NCBI GenBank assembly: GCA_028716565.1
Contig: JAQUPL010000008.1
Location: forward strand, 13,067-77,066
Length of the DNA: 64,000 nucleotides
Origin: Candidatus Omnitrophota bacterium
GTDB taxonomy: Bacteria; Omnitrophota; Gorgyraeia; Pluralincolimonadales; Pluralincolimonadaceae
Reading direction: 5' to 3'
Positions 10,230 to 19,300 of the stretch are shown here, one piece after another. A program made the position numbers and the translations under genes. Under the pieces are notes generated by a model. The model did not search any database and had not been told where the DNA came from. It saw only the letters and a program-made list of their open reading frames with translations. Each line of letters begins with the position of its first letter. Position 1 is the first letter of the stretch.

Positions 10230-11471
10230 TCACCTGCGGCGGCCGCGGCGTCTCGGCGCGAAATGATACGATCTCCCCAGGCCTGAAGATTTGTCGAACT
10301 GCTCCTGCGGGATCTCCGGATGTTTCGCGATAGGAAGCGAAGCCCTGATGAGCTTTTCAATGCTCCTGACATCGCTGCTTTGGTCCGGCGTGGCAAAAGA
10401 GATCGCGTGCCCCTTATGGCCTGCCCGGCCCGTGCGTCCGATGCGGTGCACGTAATTCTGCGCGTCGTCCGGCAGGTCGTAATTAATGACCAGCTCGATG
10501 CCGGTGACATCTATGCCCCTAGCGGCTATATCTGTAGCGACGAGCACCTTGTATTTGCCCGACTTGAACCCTCCGAGCGCTTCGCGGCGCTGGCCCAACG
10601 AACGGTCCGAGTGTATCTCGGCCGCGCTGTGCCCCATATCCCTTATCGAGTGAGCGATCTTCCTCGCGTTATGCTTGGTGCGGGAGAATAACAGCACCGC
10701 GCCGTGGTATTGCGCGAGCAGCTTACGGAGAAGCTGTGATTTTGCGTCTTTCCTGACAATGAATAATTCCTGCGTCACATGCTCGGCCGCTGTCCCGGAA
10801 GGCGCGATCTCTATGCTCACAGGGAGTTTCATATACTTGGCGGCTATAACCATAACTTCCCTCGGGATAGTCGCGGAAAAGAGCATCGTCTGCCTTTCCT
10901 TCGGGACAAAACGCAGGATCTTGTCGACCTGCGGCGCAAATCCCATATCGAGCATCCGGTCCGCCTCGTCTAGGACCAGCATCGCGACCCCGCCGAGCGA
11001 TACGTTGCGCTGCTCGACATGGTCGATAAGCCTGCCCGGCGTAGCGATGATCACGCGCGGCCCTTTGCGCAGGGATTGTATCTGCTCGTACATGGAAGCG
11101 CCGCCTATAAGGCATGCCGTCTTTATCCCGAACGGGCGCGCTATCGCCTGGAAGGCCTCGTCGATCTGTATGGCCAATTCTCTCGTAGGGGCCAGCACCA
11201 GGCCCGCCCCCTTCTTCTGCGCAAGAAGCTGTACCATAGGGATGGCGAATGAATGTGTCTTGCCGGTGCCGGTCTGGGCCACGCCGACTATATCCTTGCC
11301 CTGCATCGCTATCGGGATCGCCTTCAGCTGGATCGGCGTTGGCACCTTGAACTTTATCCGTTCGAGGATATCGAGGATCTTAGGCGCGATGCCCAGCCCG
11401 TAAAAACCGTCAGCGGCATGGTTATTGGCCGGTTGCGGCAGGTCCTTATCGTTTATTTTATGCGTCATCAT
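10230..11471 (-). CDS. DEAD-box ATP-dependent RNA helicase with Arg-rich C-terminal tail
   Basis: Motifs Q, I (AQTGTGKT), DEAD and SAT, plus a helicase C domain (HRIGRTGRAG). The preferred start is MMTHK at 11471, preceded by AAGGA. The track ORF extends to 11528. Confidence 0.85.
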   Translation of the reverse strand: MMTHKINDKDLPQPANNHAADGFYGLGIAPKILDILERIKFKVPTPIQLKAIPIAMQGKDIVGVAQTGTGKTHSFAIPMVQLLAQKKGAGLVLAPTRELAIQIDEAFQAIARPFGIKTACLIGGASMYEQIQSLRKGPRVIIATPGRLIDHVEQRNVSLGGVAMLVLDEADRMLDMGFAPQVDKILRFVPKERQTMLFSATIPREVMVIAAKYMKLPVSIEIAPSGTAAEHVTQELFIVRKDAKSQLLRKLLAQYHGAVLLFSRTKHNARKIAHSIRDMGHSAAEIHSDRSLGQRREALGGFKSGKYKVLVATDIAARGIDVTGIELVINYDLPDDAQNYVHRIGRTGRAGHKGHAISFATPDQSSDVRSIEKLIRASLPIAKHPEIPQEQFDKSSGLGRSYHFAPRRRGRRR

Positions 11472-11635
11472 GGCTTTTAGTCCTTTGCCCTTCGTTCTTG
11501 AGGCACCTGTCCGAGGTGGACATGGCAATAACCCTCATGGTTATAGATACTCAAAATCTGCTTACAATGCAGGTATTTACATTTCCTGCCTTTAGATGAA
11601 GTCCTTACTTTTTTGATAAGTACTCCTTGTGTTGA

Positions 11636-13081
11636 TCAAGCCCTGTTAACTACAAACGTCCTTTTAAGCGAATCCATCAGCCTGCCCCTTTTTATCTCCC
11701 TCGCGAAGACGCCGGCAAGCAGGCGGGGTATTACGCAAATAAACGAGATGACCTCTCCGAAGGTCAAAACCCTGTTTTTAAAGGCGCCCTTACAGAATAT
11801 CTTAAAATAGCGCTGGGGGGTGTAGAAAGAGAATTTTATCGTCCTGCCTATATTCTTCAGCGCCGGATAGTCATATGTATCGGAATAAAGCTCTCCCTTT
11901 TCGGTAATATGGTAACCGGGCGTTTTCTCCGCCAACTCCCTTATTGGGGAATACTTCTCTATCCTTAGTTTATTGCAGGTAATAAAATCCAGGCCTAACT
12001 CTTTGGCGAATTCGGGTATGTAGAGCATCTCTTCTTTGCTCTCGCCTATATTGCCGTAGATGAAATAACCGTTATAAAATATCGGGTATTTTGTCAGTAC
12101 CTTAAACGCTTCCCTGACCGTGGCGGAATCAAAACCCTTGTTCAGCTGCGCCAATATGCGATCGTGGGGGGACTCTATCCCGACCAGTAACGCCTTGAAT
12201 CCCGCCTTGACCATCTTGCTTAGAAGGCGGGGATGTTTGAATAACTCGATGCGGGCCTGGGCGATAAAACGTTTCTTTATCTTGCGCTTGATTATCTCAT
12301 CGCATATCTTTTCCGCCCTGCCCGCGTCGGCAAAAAGGTTATCATCGCTGAACAGGACTATCTTGGCGGTTATCCCTTCCAGTTCCCTGATCACCGAGTC
12401 GACGCTGCGCGCCGTATAAGCCCGTCTTTGGCCGAGGGGATTCATGTTGAATGTGCAGAATTTGCAATTGTGGGGACATCCCCTAGCGGAGAGGATCGAG
12501 TCAAACGTCAGGTTCATCATTTCGATCCCGTTCACGGCAAGGCTGTATTTATTATTCCTTAAAGAACGGCGCGGGGCAGGCATATCCTCTATATCCAGCA
12601 GGGGCCTGTTCTTATTGTGGACCACGACGCCTTTTTCCACATAAGAGATACCGAGGATATCTTTCAGGGGCAGGCCCTTGAGTATATCCCGTATCGTCTC
12701 TTCCCCTTCGCCGCGGACGACAATAGTGACATTCGGGCAGATCTTGAAAAATTCATCCGCCATCTCCGTCGCCTTATACCCTCCGACAACCACCGGTATA
12801 TTGGCGGGGAAACGATTAAGGAGCTCGCATATCTCCTTGAACTGACGGTCCCAGCCGATAGTTACGCAGACGATATCGATCTCTTTTGCTATAAAATCCA
12901 GCAGTTTAGCCGGATCGGAGAGCTCTTTTTCGTACCTAAGATCGATGAGCGTCAGCTTCTCAACTAGCCCTTCGGCGCTGCTCGCGACATACTCGAGGCC
13001 GGTCGGAGGGAAGAGTTTCATGACGCTCGTATTGCTGCTTTCGATATAGGGATTCAGGAATAAGGCGTGCTTGTATTTCAC
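11636..13081 (-). CDS. B12-binding domain radical SAM protein (class B rSAM)
   Basis: An N-terminal cobalamin-binding region is followed by the CPHNCKFC radical SAM cluster motif. It has a GTG start. Confidence 0.8.
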   Translation of the reverse strand: MKYKHALFLNPYIESSNTSVMKLFPPTGLEYVASSAEGLVEKLTLIDLRYEKELSDPAKLLDFIAKEIDIVCVTIGWDRQFKEICELLNRFPANIPVVVGGYKATEMADEFFKICPNVTIVVRGEGEETIRDILKGLPLKDILGISYVEKGVVVHNKNRPLLDIEDMPAPRRSLRNNKYSLAVNGIEMMNLTFDSILSARGCPHNCKFCTFNMNPLGQRRAYTARSVDSVIRELEGITAKIVLFSDDNLFADAGRAEKICDEIIKRKIKKRFIAQARIELFKHPRLLSKMVKAGFKALLVGIESPHDRILAQLNKGFDSATVREAFKVLTKYPIFYNGYFIYGNIGESKEEMLYIPEFAKELGLDFITCNKLRIEKYSPIRELAEKTPGYHITEKGELYSDTYDYPALKNIGRTIKFSFYTPQRYFKIFCKGAFKNRVLTFGEVISFICVIPRLLAGVFAREIKRGRLMDSLKRTFVVNRA

Positions 13082-13092
13082 TCGGATATTAT

Positions 13093-13115
13093 AACATAAA
13101 ATACCCCCTTTGGGG
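13093..13115 (-). terminator. intrinsic terminator-like hairpin (GCCCC-AAA-GGGGG followed by a U-rich tract), 20 nt upstream of the rSAM start codon
   Basis: Read on the minus strand from 13116 down to 13093, there is a GCCCC stem half, a 3-nt loop and a GGGGG stem half (the plus-strand complements lie at 13112..13115 and 13104..13108), followed by U-rich UAUUUUAUGUU at 13103..13093. Confidence 0.5.
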
Positions 13116-13137
13116 CATAAATATGGCCGGCGTTCCT

Positions 13138-13293
13138 TTATGCTACAGTGACGTCCTCATTCGGAGCCTTCTCCGGCTCCGCTTTAGCTTCTGCGGCTTT
13201 TTTATCCAGCTTGTGCTGCCTCTTCTCTTCTTTCTTCTTTTTATTCGCCATTTCCCTCTGGTACTTTTTAAATGAATAATTATCTCTTGCCAT
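13138..13293 (-). CDS. small Lys/Glu-rich protein (51 aa), unknown function
   Basis: Internal ATG at 13293 preceded by GGGGAG. The sequence MARDNYSFKKYQREMANKKKKEEKRQ... is highly charged. The track ORF is longer (78 aa). Confidence 0.35.
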   Translation of the reverse strand: MARDNYSFKKYQREMANKKKKEEKRQHKLDKKAAEAKAEPEKAPNEDVTVA

Positions 13294-13645
13294 TATCTCC
13301 CCTTTTCTTTTTTCTTTTTGATTTGACCCGCGAGCATAATACGTCCGCAAACGGCGATAATTTCCCTTTTTCATACGGGAATTCTTTGCAATGGGCCGGC
13401 TTCAAGCCATAATTAACTTTGTGGATAGAACACAACCCTTGCGGAGTAAGGAAAGAGCAGCGGTTATCTTCGTAGCTCGTCCCGACCCTGTATCCGGAAG
13501 GGAAATCCTTATCCTTCTCAAGATGGTAAAAATCCCCTTTTAGCTTAAGGGATAATATTTTTTTAGCCTCTTCCAGGTCTACCCATGCCCCGAAATCACA
13601 ACAGGAATGTTGCTTTTTGCATTTCAGGCAATCGATCTTCTTCAC
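13280..13645 (-). CDS. Cys-rich YkgJ/UPF0153-like putative Fe-S or Zn-binding protein
   Basis: CLKCKKQHSCC plus additional Cys and His residues. 121 aa with a basic C-terminus. Confidence 0.45.
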   Translation of the reverse strand: MKKIDCLKCKKQHSCCDFGAWVDLEEAKKILSLKLKGDFYHLEKDKDFPSGYRVGTSYEDNRCSFLTPQGLCSIHKVNYGLKPAHCKEFPYEKGKLSPFADVLCSRVKSKRKKKRGDNGKR

Positions 13646-13685
13646 TTTTTCCCCTTCAATTATTTACCCGGTTTCGTTATATCCG

Positions 13686-14489
13686 TTACGCGCGCTGCGC
13701 GGGATGGCAATAAAGCAGTTCCCACACTTTTACCCATTTAATAAAATGGACCCACGCGAAGAGGCAGGAAAAGATAAATCCGTATATGCCTTCTTTATAA
13801 CCTTTTTTCTTGACGTAAAATTTCCAAAAAAGCTTTGCCGTCTTTATGCGTATTTGGTACCGGACGTTTTTTTCGTCCCCGAACCGCTTCAGATCGACTA
13901 TTTCTTCCGCCTCAAGGCTCGTATAGCGGTTATGCCGTTCGATGAATTGTGAGAAATTGTCGAAGGGGCGGTGCTCGATCTCGGCGTCGAGTACGCCGAT
14001 CTTACCGTCAACGATAAGCTCGTGGTGGACTTTGCCCTGGTAGCGGGCAAATCCTTTTTTTAAGAAATGAAGGGAATAATGGTACCATCCGCCGTAGCGC
14101 ATGAAGTGCCCCATGAAGAAATTTTTGCGCAGGAACTTATAGGCGGCGAACTCCCCTTCCCGTTCTAAAATACCGGTGATGGCGGCGCGAAGCCCTTCGG
14201 TGACGACCTCATCGGCATCGAGCTGCAGTATCCAGTCTCCCGAAGAATTATCGATGCCGATATTCCTTTCCTGGCCGAAATCCCCCTCAAAACGGTGCTG
14301 GACGACCTTTGCTTTATGCCTCTCGCAGATCTCCACGGTCTTATCCGTGCTGAAACCGTCCACTACCACGATCTCGTCCGCCCAGGCGACGCTTTCCAGG
14401 CATTTCTCTATTTTTTCTTCTTCGTTCTTGGCCAGTATCACTACCGATAACTTTTTGCGCAAGCGCCCCCCTGTTACCTCCTGTCGCAT
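13686..14489 (-). CDS. family 2 glycosyltransferase
   Basis: LSVVILAKNEE ... DGFSTD ... DADE (DxD) signature of GT2. It overlaps the gmd stop. Confidence 0.75.
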   Translation of the reverse strand: MRQEVTGGRLRKKLSVVILAKNEEEKIEKCLESVAWADEIVVVDGFSTDKTVEICERHKAKVVQHRFEGDFGQERNIGIDNSSGDWILQLDADEVVTEGLRAAITGILEREGEFAAYKFLRKNFFMGHFMRYGGWYHYSLHFLKKGFARYQGKVHHELIVDGKIGVLDAEIEHRPFDNFSQFIERHNRYTSLEAEEIVDLKRFGDEKNVRYQIRIKTAKLFWKFYVKKKGYKEGIYGFIFSCLFAWVHFIKWVKVWELLYCHPAQRA

Positions 14490-15460
14490 CCGGCTTTCTT
14501 AAGGTTTAAATCCGAATCTACCATCATCTTGACTAATTCCTTGAACCTTACTTTCGGCTCCCAACCTAATTTCTTCTTCGCTTTAGAATAATCGCCCTTT
14601 AAAATATTGACCTCGGCCGGCCTGTAGAATTTCTTGTCGACCTTTACGTACTTTTTCCAATCGAGCCCGGCATGGCCAAAAGCCAGTTTGGCGAATTCTT
14701 TTATCGAGTGTGTTTCCCCCGTAGCGATGACATAATCGTCCGGCTTATCCTGCTGCAGCATAAGCCACATCGCCTCTATATAATCCCCGGAAAAACCCCA
14801 ATCCCTTTTCGCGTCTAAATTGCCCAGCTTGAGCTCGTCAGCCAATCCGAGCTTGATCTCAGCCACCGCGTTAGTTATCTTGCGCGTGACAAATTCAAAC
14901 CCTCGCCTGGGAGACTCGTGGTTAAAAAGTATGCCGTTACAGGCGAACAAACCATACGCTTCGCGGTAATTACGCGTTAAGTCAAAACCGGCGACCTTGG
15001 ATATTCCGTAGGGAGACCTGGGATGGAACGGTGTATTCTCATTTTGCGGGGTTTCCTCGGCCTTGCCGAACATCTCGCTGGAAGCGGCAAAATAGAACTT
15101 ACAGCGCGGGGCCAATTCCTTGACCGCGGCGAGGATATAATGCGTGCCGTTGATATTCGTATTAATGGTCGAGAACTCATCTTCGAAAGAATAGCTGACA
15201 AAACTTTGGGCCGCCAGATGATAGCACTCGTCGGGCTTCATCTTATGCACGACTTTGAACAGGCTCGCGAAACTTTCAAGAGAGCCGGGATGCAGGGTGA
15301 TCTTCTTCAGGATATGCCTTATCCGCCAAAGCTGGTGTTCGGGATCCTCTAAAGCCACCCTCCTGACGATACCATGGACCTGATAGCCTTTCTTAAGCAA
15401 GAATTCCGTCAGATATGAGCCGTCCTGCCCGTCTATCCCGGTAATAAGCGCTTTCTTCAT
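14474..15460 (-). CDS. gmd: GDP-mannose 4,6-dehydratase
   Basis: ITGIDGQDGSYLTEFLL Rossmann motif and a YxxxK catalytic region. 328 aa, typical Gmd length. Confidence 0.9.
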   Translation of the reverse strand: MKKALITGIDGQDGSYLTEFLLKKGYQVHGIVRRVALEDPEHQLWRIRHILKKITLHPGSLESFASLFKVVHKMKPDECYHLAAQSFVSYSFEDEFSTINTNINGTHYILAAVKELAPRCKFYFAASSEMFGKAEETPQNENTPFHPRSPYGISKVAGFDLTRNYREAYGLFACNGILFNHESPRRGFEFVTRKITNAVAEIKLGLADELKLGNLDAKRDWGFSGDYIEAMWLMLQQDKPDDYVIATGETHSIKEFAKLAFGHAGLDWKKYVKVDKKFYRPAEVNILKGDYSKAKKKLGWEPKVRFKELVKMMVDSDLNLKKAGCDRR

Positions 15461-15489
15461 ATTGTCATTATCTCCTTCGCGGTGGAAAT

Positions 15490-15530
15490 ATTATAAGGGT
15501 AATGTCTTACTATATCAAGGATTTTTGGGT
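15490..15530 (-). promoter_or_regulatory. sigma70-type promoter for gmd (TTGATA-17-TATAAT plus A-tract); short copy of the repeat motif
   Basis: -10 at 15495..15490, -35 at 15518..15513, then CCCAAAAATCC. Confidence 0.6.
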
Positions 15531-16342
15531 ATCGGGGATAACGGCATATCAAGTAATTTTCGCCACTTATCTTCCCACCCTGAATGATGTGTAGTGCCCT
15601 TGACTACCGTAATACTCTCATGTTTATCATCTCCGGTCTTACCGGCAAACGATTTCGCGACAGACGCCGGGATGGTCCTGTCGCCGGAGGCGACAAAATG
15701 GCGCTGTGGAATGGCCCTGATCTTGGCCGCGTAATCTATAGGATTCAGGGACCCGTTAAGCGGGCTTACTTTATTCCAATCACTGACAGCACTCCAATCC
15801 AAATTGCCGGCGATAGTACGTAAGCTTATGACGTCATCACGGCGCGCGGCGACAAGAACGGCCACTGCCCCTCCTCCCGAATACCCGACAAGCGATACCG
15901 ACCGCGCTCCGGCCATATCGCGCAAACGGCTGACCGCGAGATCCATATCTTTTATCACTTCGGGTGAAAAGCGTTTCGCCGTCCAGTATTTCGCGTCACA
16001 CTGCGAGGCGCCCAGGGAAACATATTGTCCGGGGCGCGCGAGATATGCAACATTCGGGGACGGGTCCAATGAAGCCAGCCGCATGACAAGGCGATCCGTC
16101 GGGGTGGGGTCGGAAGACGGGCGCGAACGGGATCTCCATGCCAAGCCGTCTCCCTCGATGTAGATTACGAGCGGCTCCCCCCTCCTGTTTATTGTAATGT
16201 ACGAAAGCAGCGTGAAATTGCGCCCGCGTATAAGATTTTTAGTGAACCCGTTATTTTTTTCCAGGAAAAAGGACTGAGCAGCGCAACCTGTCAGGCAAGA
16301 TACCAAAAACAGGGCCGCTAAAGGCCTTCTTATACTGAACAT
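15515..16342 (-). CDS. alpha/beta-hydrolase (esterase/dienelactone-hydrolase-like) lipoprotein
   Basis: Lipoprotein signal (LVSCLTGC), GYSGGG nucleophile elbow and a C-terminal His. Confidence 0.6.
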   Translation of the reverse strand: MFSIRRPLAALFLVSCLTGCAAQSFFLEKNNGFTKNLIRGRNFTLLSYITINRRGEPLVIYIEGDGLAWRSRSRPSSDPTPTDRLVMRLASLDPSPNVAYLARPGQYVSLGASQCDAKYWTAKRFSPEVIKDMDLAVSRLRDMAGARSVSLVGYSGGGAVAVLVAARRDDVISLRTIAGNLDWSAVSDWNKVSPLNGSLNPIDYAAKIRAIPQRHFVASGDRTIPASVAKSFAGKTGDDKHESITVVKGTTHHSGWEDKWRKLLDMPLSPIPKNP

Positions 16343-16366
16343 AGGATTCCTTGAGGGCAGATAACC

Positions 16367-19300
16367 TTAAAACTTATACCTTACATCGGCCCAACCCGTA
16401 TGGGAGGTATAATCCTGCTTGTACTCGAAGTCGTAGTTGGCGTCGAGGCTCCAGTTGCCTCTCGTCACCAGCGTCAGTTTGCTCCCGACGTTCAGGGAAT
16501 TCTGGGCGGGATCAAACCCGTTAGTGGCGAACGAACCGCCACCTCCGGAGAAGGTCGAAGTCGTTTCCTGTTTATCCCCTATGAAGTCATACAGCCACTT
16601 CGCATGGATCTCGGGGATGACAAAGCCGGATTCAACTTCGAAAGTGTGGTCGAGTTTCATACCAAGCCCTGATTGGAGCATGTCGTAGTCCTGGCTGGTT
16701 ACGCTTAAGTTGAGGGCATCTGCTCCTGTTTCGGTATAGCTCTGCAGGTGCAGGCGGACATATTCTAATGAAGCAACAGGTGTTATGTTGACATTCTTTG
16801 TCTTAAAGGTATAGCCGCCGTCCACTAACACGGCATACTGCTGGCCTCTATAGTTTGAGTCGGCTCTCCTCTGGATGGCGCCTACGGTGATATTTCTCTT
16901 ACCCTTGTATGTGTTATAGGCGAATGAGAAGGCGCCGTTTAAGTAGTAGGGTTTCTCGGCATCTATGTAGCCGCCGTATAAGGTCGTCTGGTAGCTGTTG
17001 ATATTAGTCTTTCCGCTGTTGTCCTTGGAGTTGACGTTGGAGGCCGCGTAGCCGCCGGAGGCGCCGAAGCGGGCTCTATTGTTAAATGCCGGCAGATCGC
17101 CTCCTATGGCCGTCCCCCAGATGGTTGCGCGATAACCGTTACTTAGCCCTCGCGCGTCCTGTCGGACGTATTCGCCGAAGCCCCTGCCCCATGCCTCGAC
17201 GCCGTTAAGCCCCTCGCTTCCGGTGGATACGCCGGTATCGCCGGTGTCTTCGTCATGCGCCCGGGCAAAGAGGTCTTCCAGCCTGTCGGTAGTGGTCGCC
17301 ATGAACTGGTTGATCGCGGTATTGCTGATGTTGGTCACTCCGCTGTCGACGACCGGGGTGACGGTTTCGAGAGATTGCTCGACCTGTGCCGGCGTCATAA
17401 CATCGAGAGCGTCCAGGACGGTGGTCATATCGGCGGACGGATTTGTGACGTTATCGAGAGCGGCGCCGACTGCGGAAGTGTTGGAATTCGTGCCTGAACT
17501 GGAGAAACCGGTACCTGAGCGGTTAACGGTCAAGATCAGGTCGCCGGCTGAGCTTGAACCTATGAATGTATATTTGGAATTAGAGGACGTAATAGTTGCC
17601 GGTACGTTGACACCTGCACCGCCTGCGCCGTCGATTATCTTAAGGGTCGCGTTATTGGGTATGTAACCGCTGACGGTGACATTGACGGTACTTCCGGCAT
17701 CTACAACGGCATCGGCGACGGAGGTAATATTACCGAAAGCAGAGGATGAATTCGCGGTAAGGTCCAATGCCGAACCTGCGTTCTGGGTGTAGATGCCGGG
17801 AACCGAAAGACTGATCGTGCCCACGCTTAAGGTAGCGCTATTTGTAAGGGCTCCCCCGCCTACGGCATTGGCATTAGAGACCTGCAGGGTACCGGTGTTT
17901 ATCTCAGTGAGCCCTGTATAGGTGTTGGCGCCGCTTAAGGTAAGGACGCCTAGACCTTCCTTGATAAATAGGGTCTTATTTGTTCCGCCGTCCTTGATGA
18001 TACCGGAGAATGTCGTTGAAGTAGCGTCTCCCGCTGTCAAGGCCCCGTCTGCCAGTCCTCCGTTAGTTACGGTGCCGTCGCCTGAAAGAGAGCCTATAGT
18101 CTCATCGAAACCGTTTAGATCCAGGTTCGCGCCTGTGGCGACTGAGACCGCAGAACCGATGCCGAAGGCCTGATCCACGGCACCTGCCTTGAGGGTGCCG
18201 GCATTGACTTCCGTCGGGCCGGTGTAGGTGTTAATACCGCTTAAGGTGGTCGTGCCGGTACCGTCTTGCCTGAGGATGCCGGTTCCGGATAACACCGCGG
18301 CCGCATCCAGATTAGTAGTGCGGTTAAATGACAGCGTGGCATTATTCAGAATATTGCTTGCGCCGCTGAAGCCATCGCCGAGTTGCAGCGTGCCCGCGGT
18401 GATCGTTGTAAGCCCGGTATTTGTGAAGGCACCTTTTAAAACAAGGGTGCCTGCGCCGGTCTTGGTTACGGCGCCATTTCCGCCAAGCCCGGTGTCGCCG
18501 CCGGTCATCGTAAGGGTGTTGACGGTTATATCGATTAAGGTTGTCTTGGCGGCATTGATGGTGACATTGCGATCCGTACTGGCGTCAAGGCCGGTGTACC
18601 GCAGGGTGCCGCCGTCTAATACGAGGTTAGCGGCGGCGTTTGTAGCGGCACCGAGATTGCTCGCCTCGCCGCCGTTTCTGATGGTGGCAACACTGACGGT
18701 ACCGCCGCTGATGGTAGTAACTCCGGTGTAGGTATTATTACCTGAAAGGGTCGTGGTACCGCTGCCGGTATGCTGTACGTTTAAGCTGCCGGTGAGAAGA
18801 GGAGCAAAGGCATAAGCCGCGTCAGTATGGTTGAATTTGACGGTCGCCCCGCCGTCGCCTCCGTTTACTTCCGCGGTATTTAAAGTACCGGCAGCCCCGC
18901 CTTCTCCTATATTGAGTGTACCGGTAGAACCGACATCGCTGCCAATTGTAGTTGTTCCTGCGCCGCCCGCGACATTTACCGTACCTCCGTCTGAGATAGT
19001 CAGGTCACCGGTCGCCGCGCCGCCGTTTTGGGTCCTGCCGACATAAAGTCCGTTGGTATCGGTATTGGTCCAGGTGGAATCTGCGCCGGTTACCTTGACG
19101 GTACCGTTACCTCCTGCGTAACCGCTGACATTCCCGGTCGCGTCGCTTACCAAACCGCCGTCGGAAATGGTCAACGAGCCGGTTGCTCCGGAGCCGACAT
19201 ATAGATCGTCGCTGTGGGTCCATTTAGAATTAGCCCCTGTTACCGTGGCTATGCCGGAGGAACCCGCATTGGCACCGACCCATGAGGTAGCGTCGCTCAC

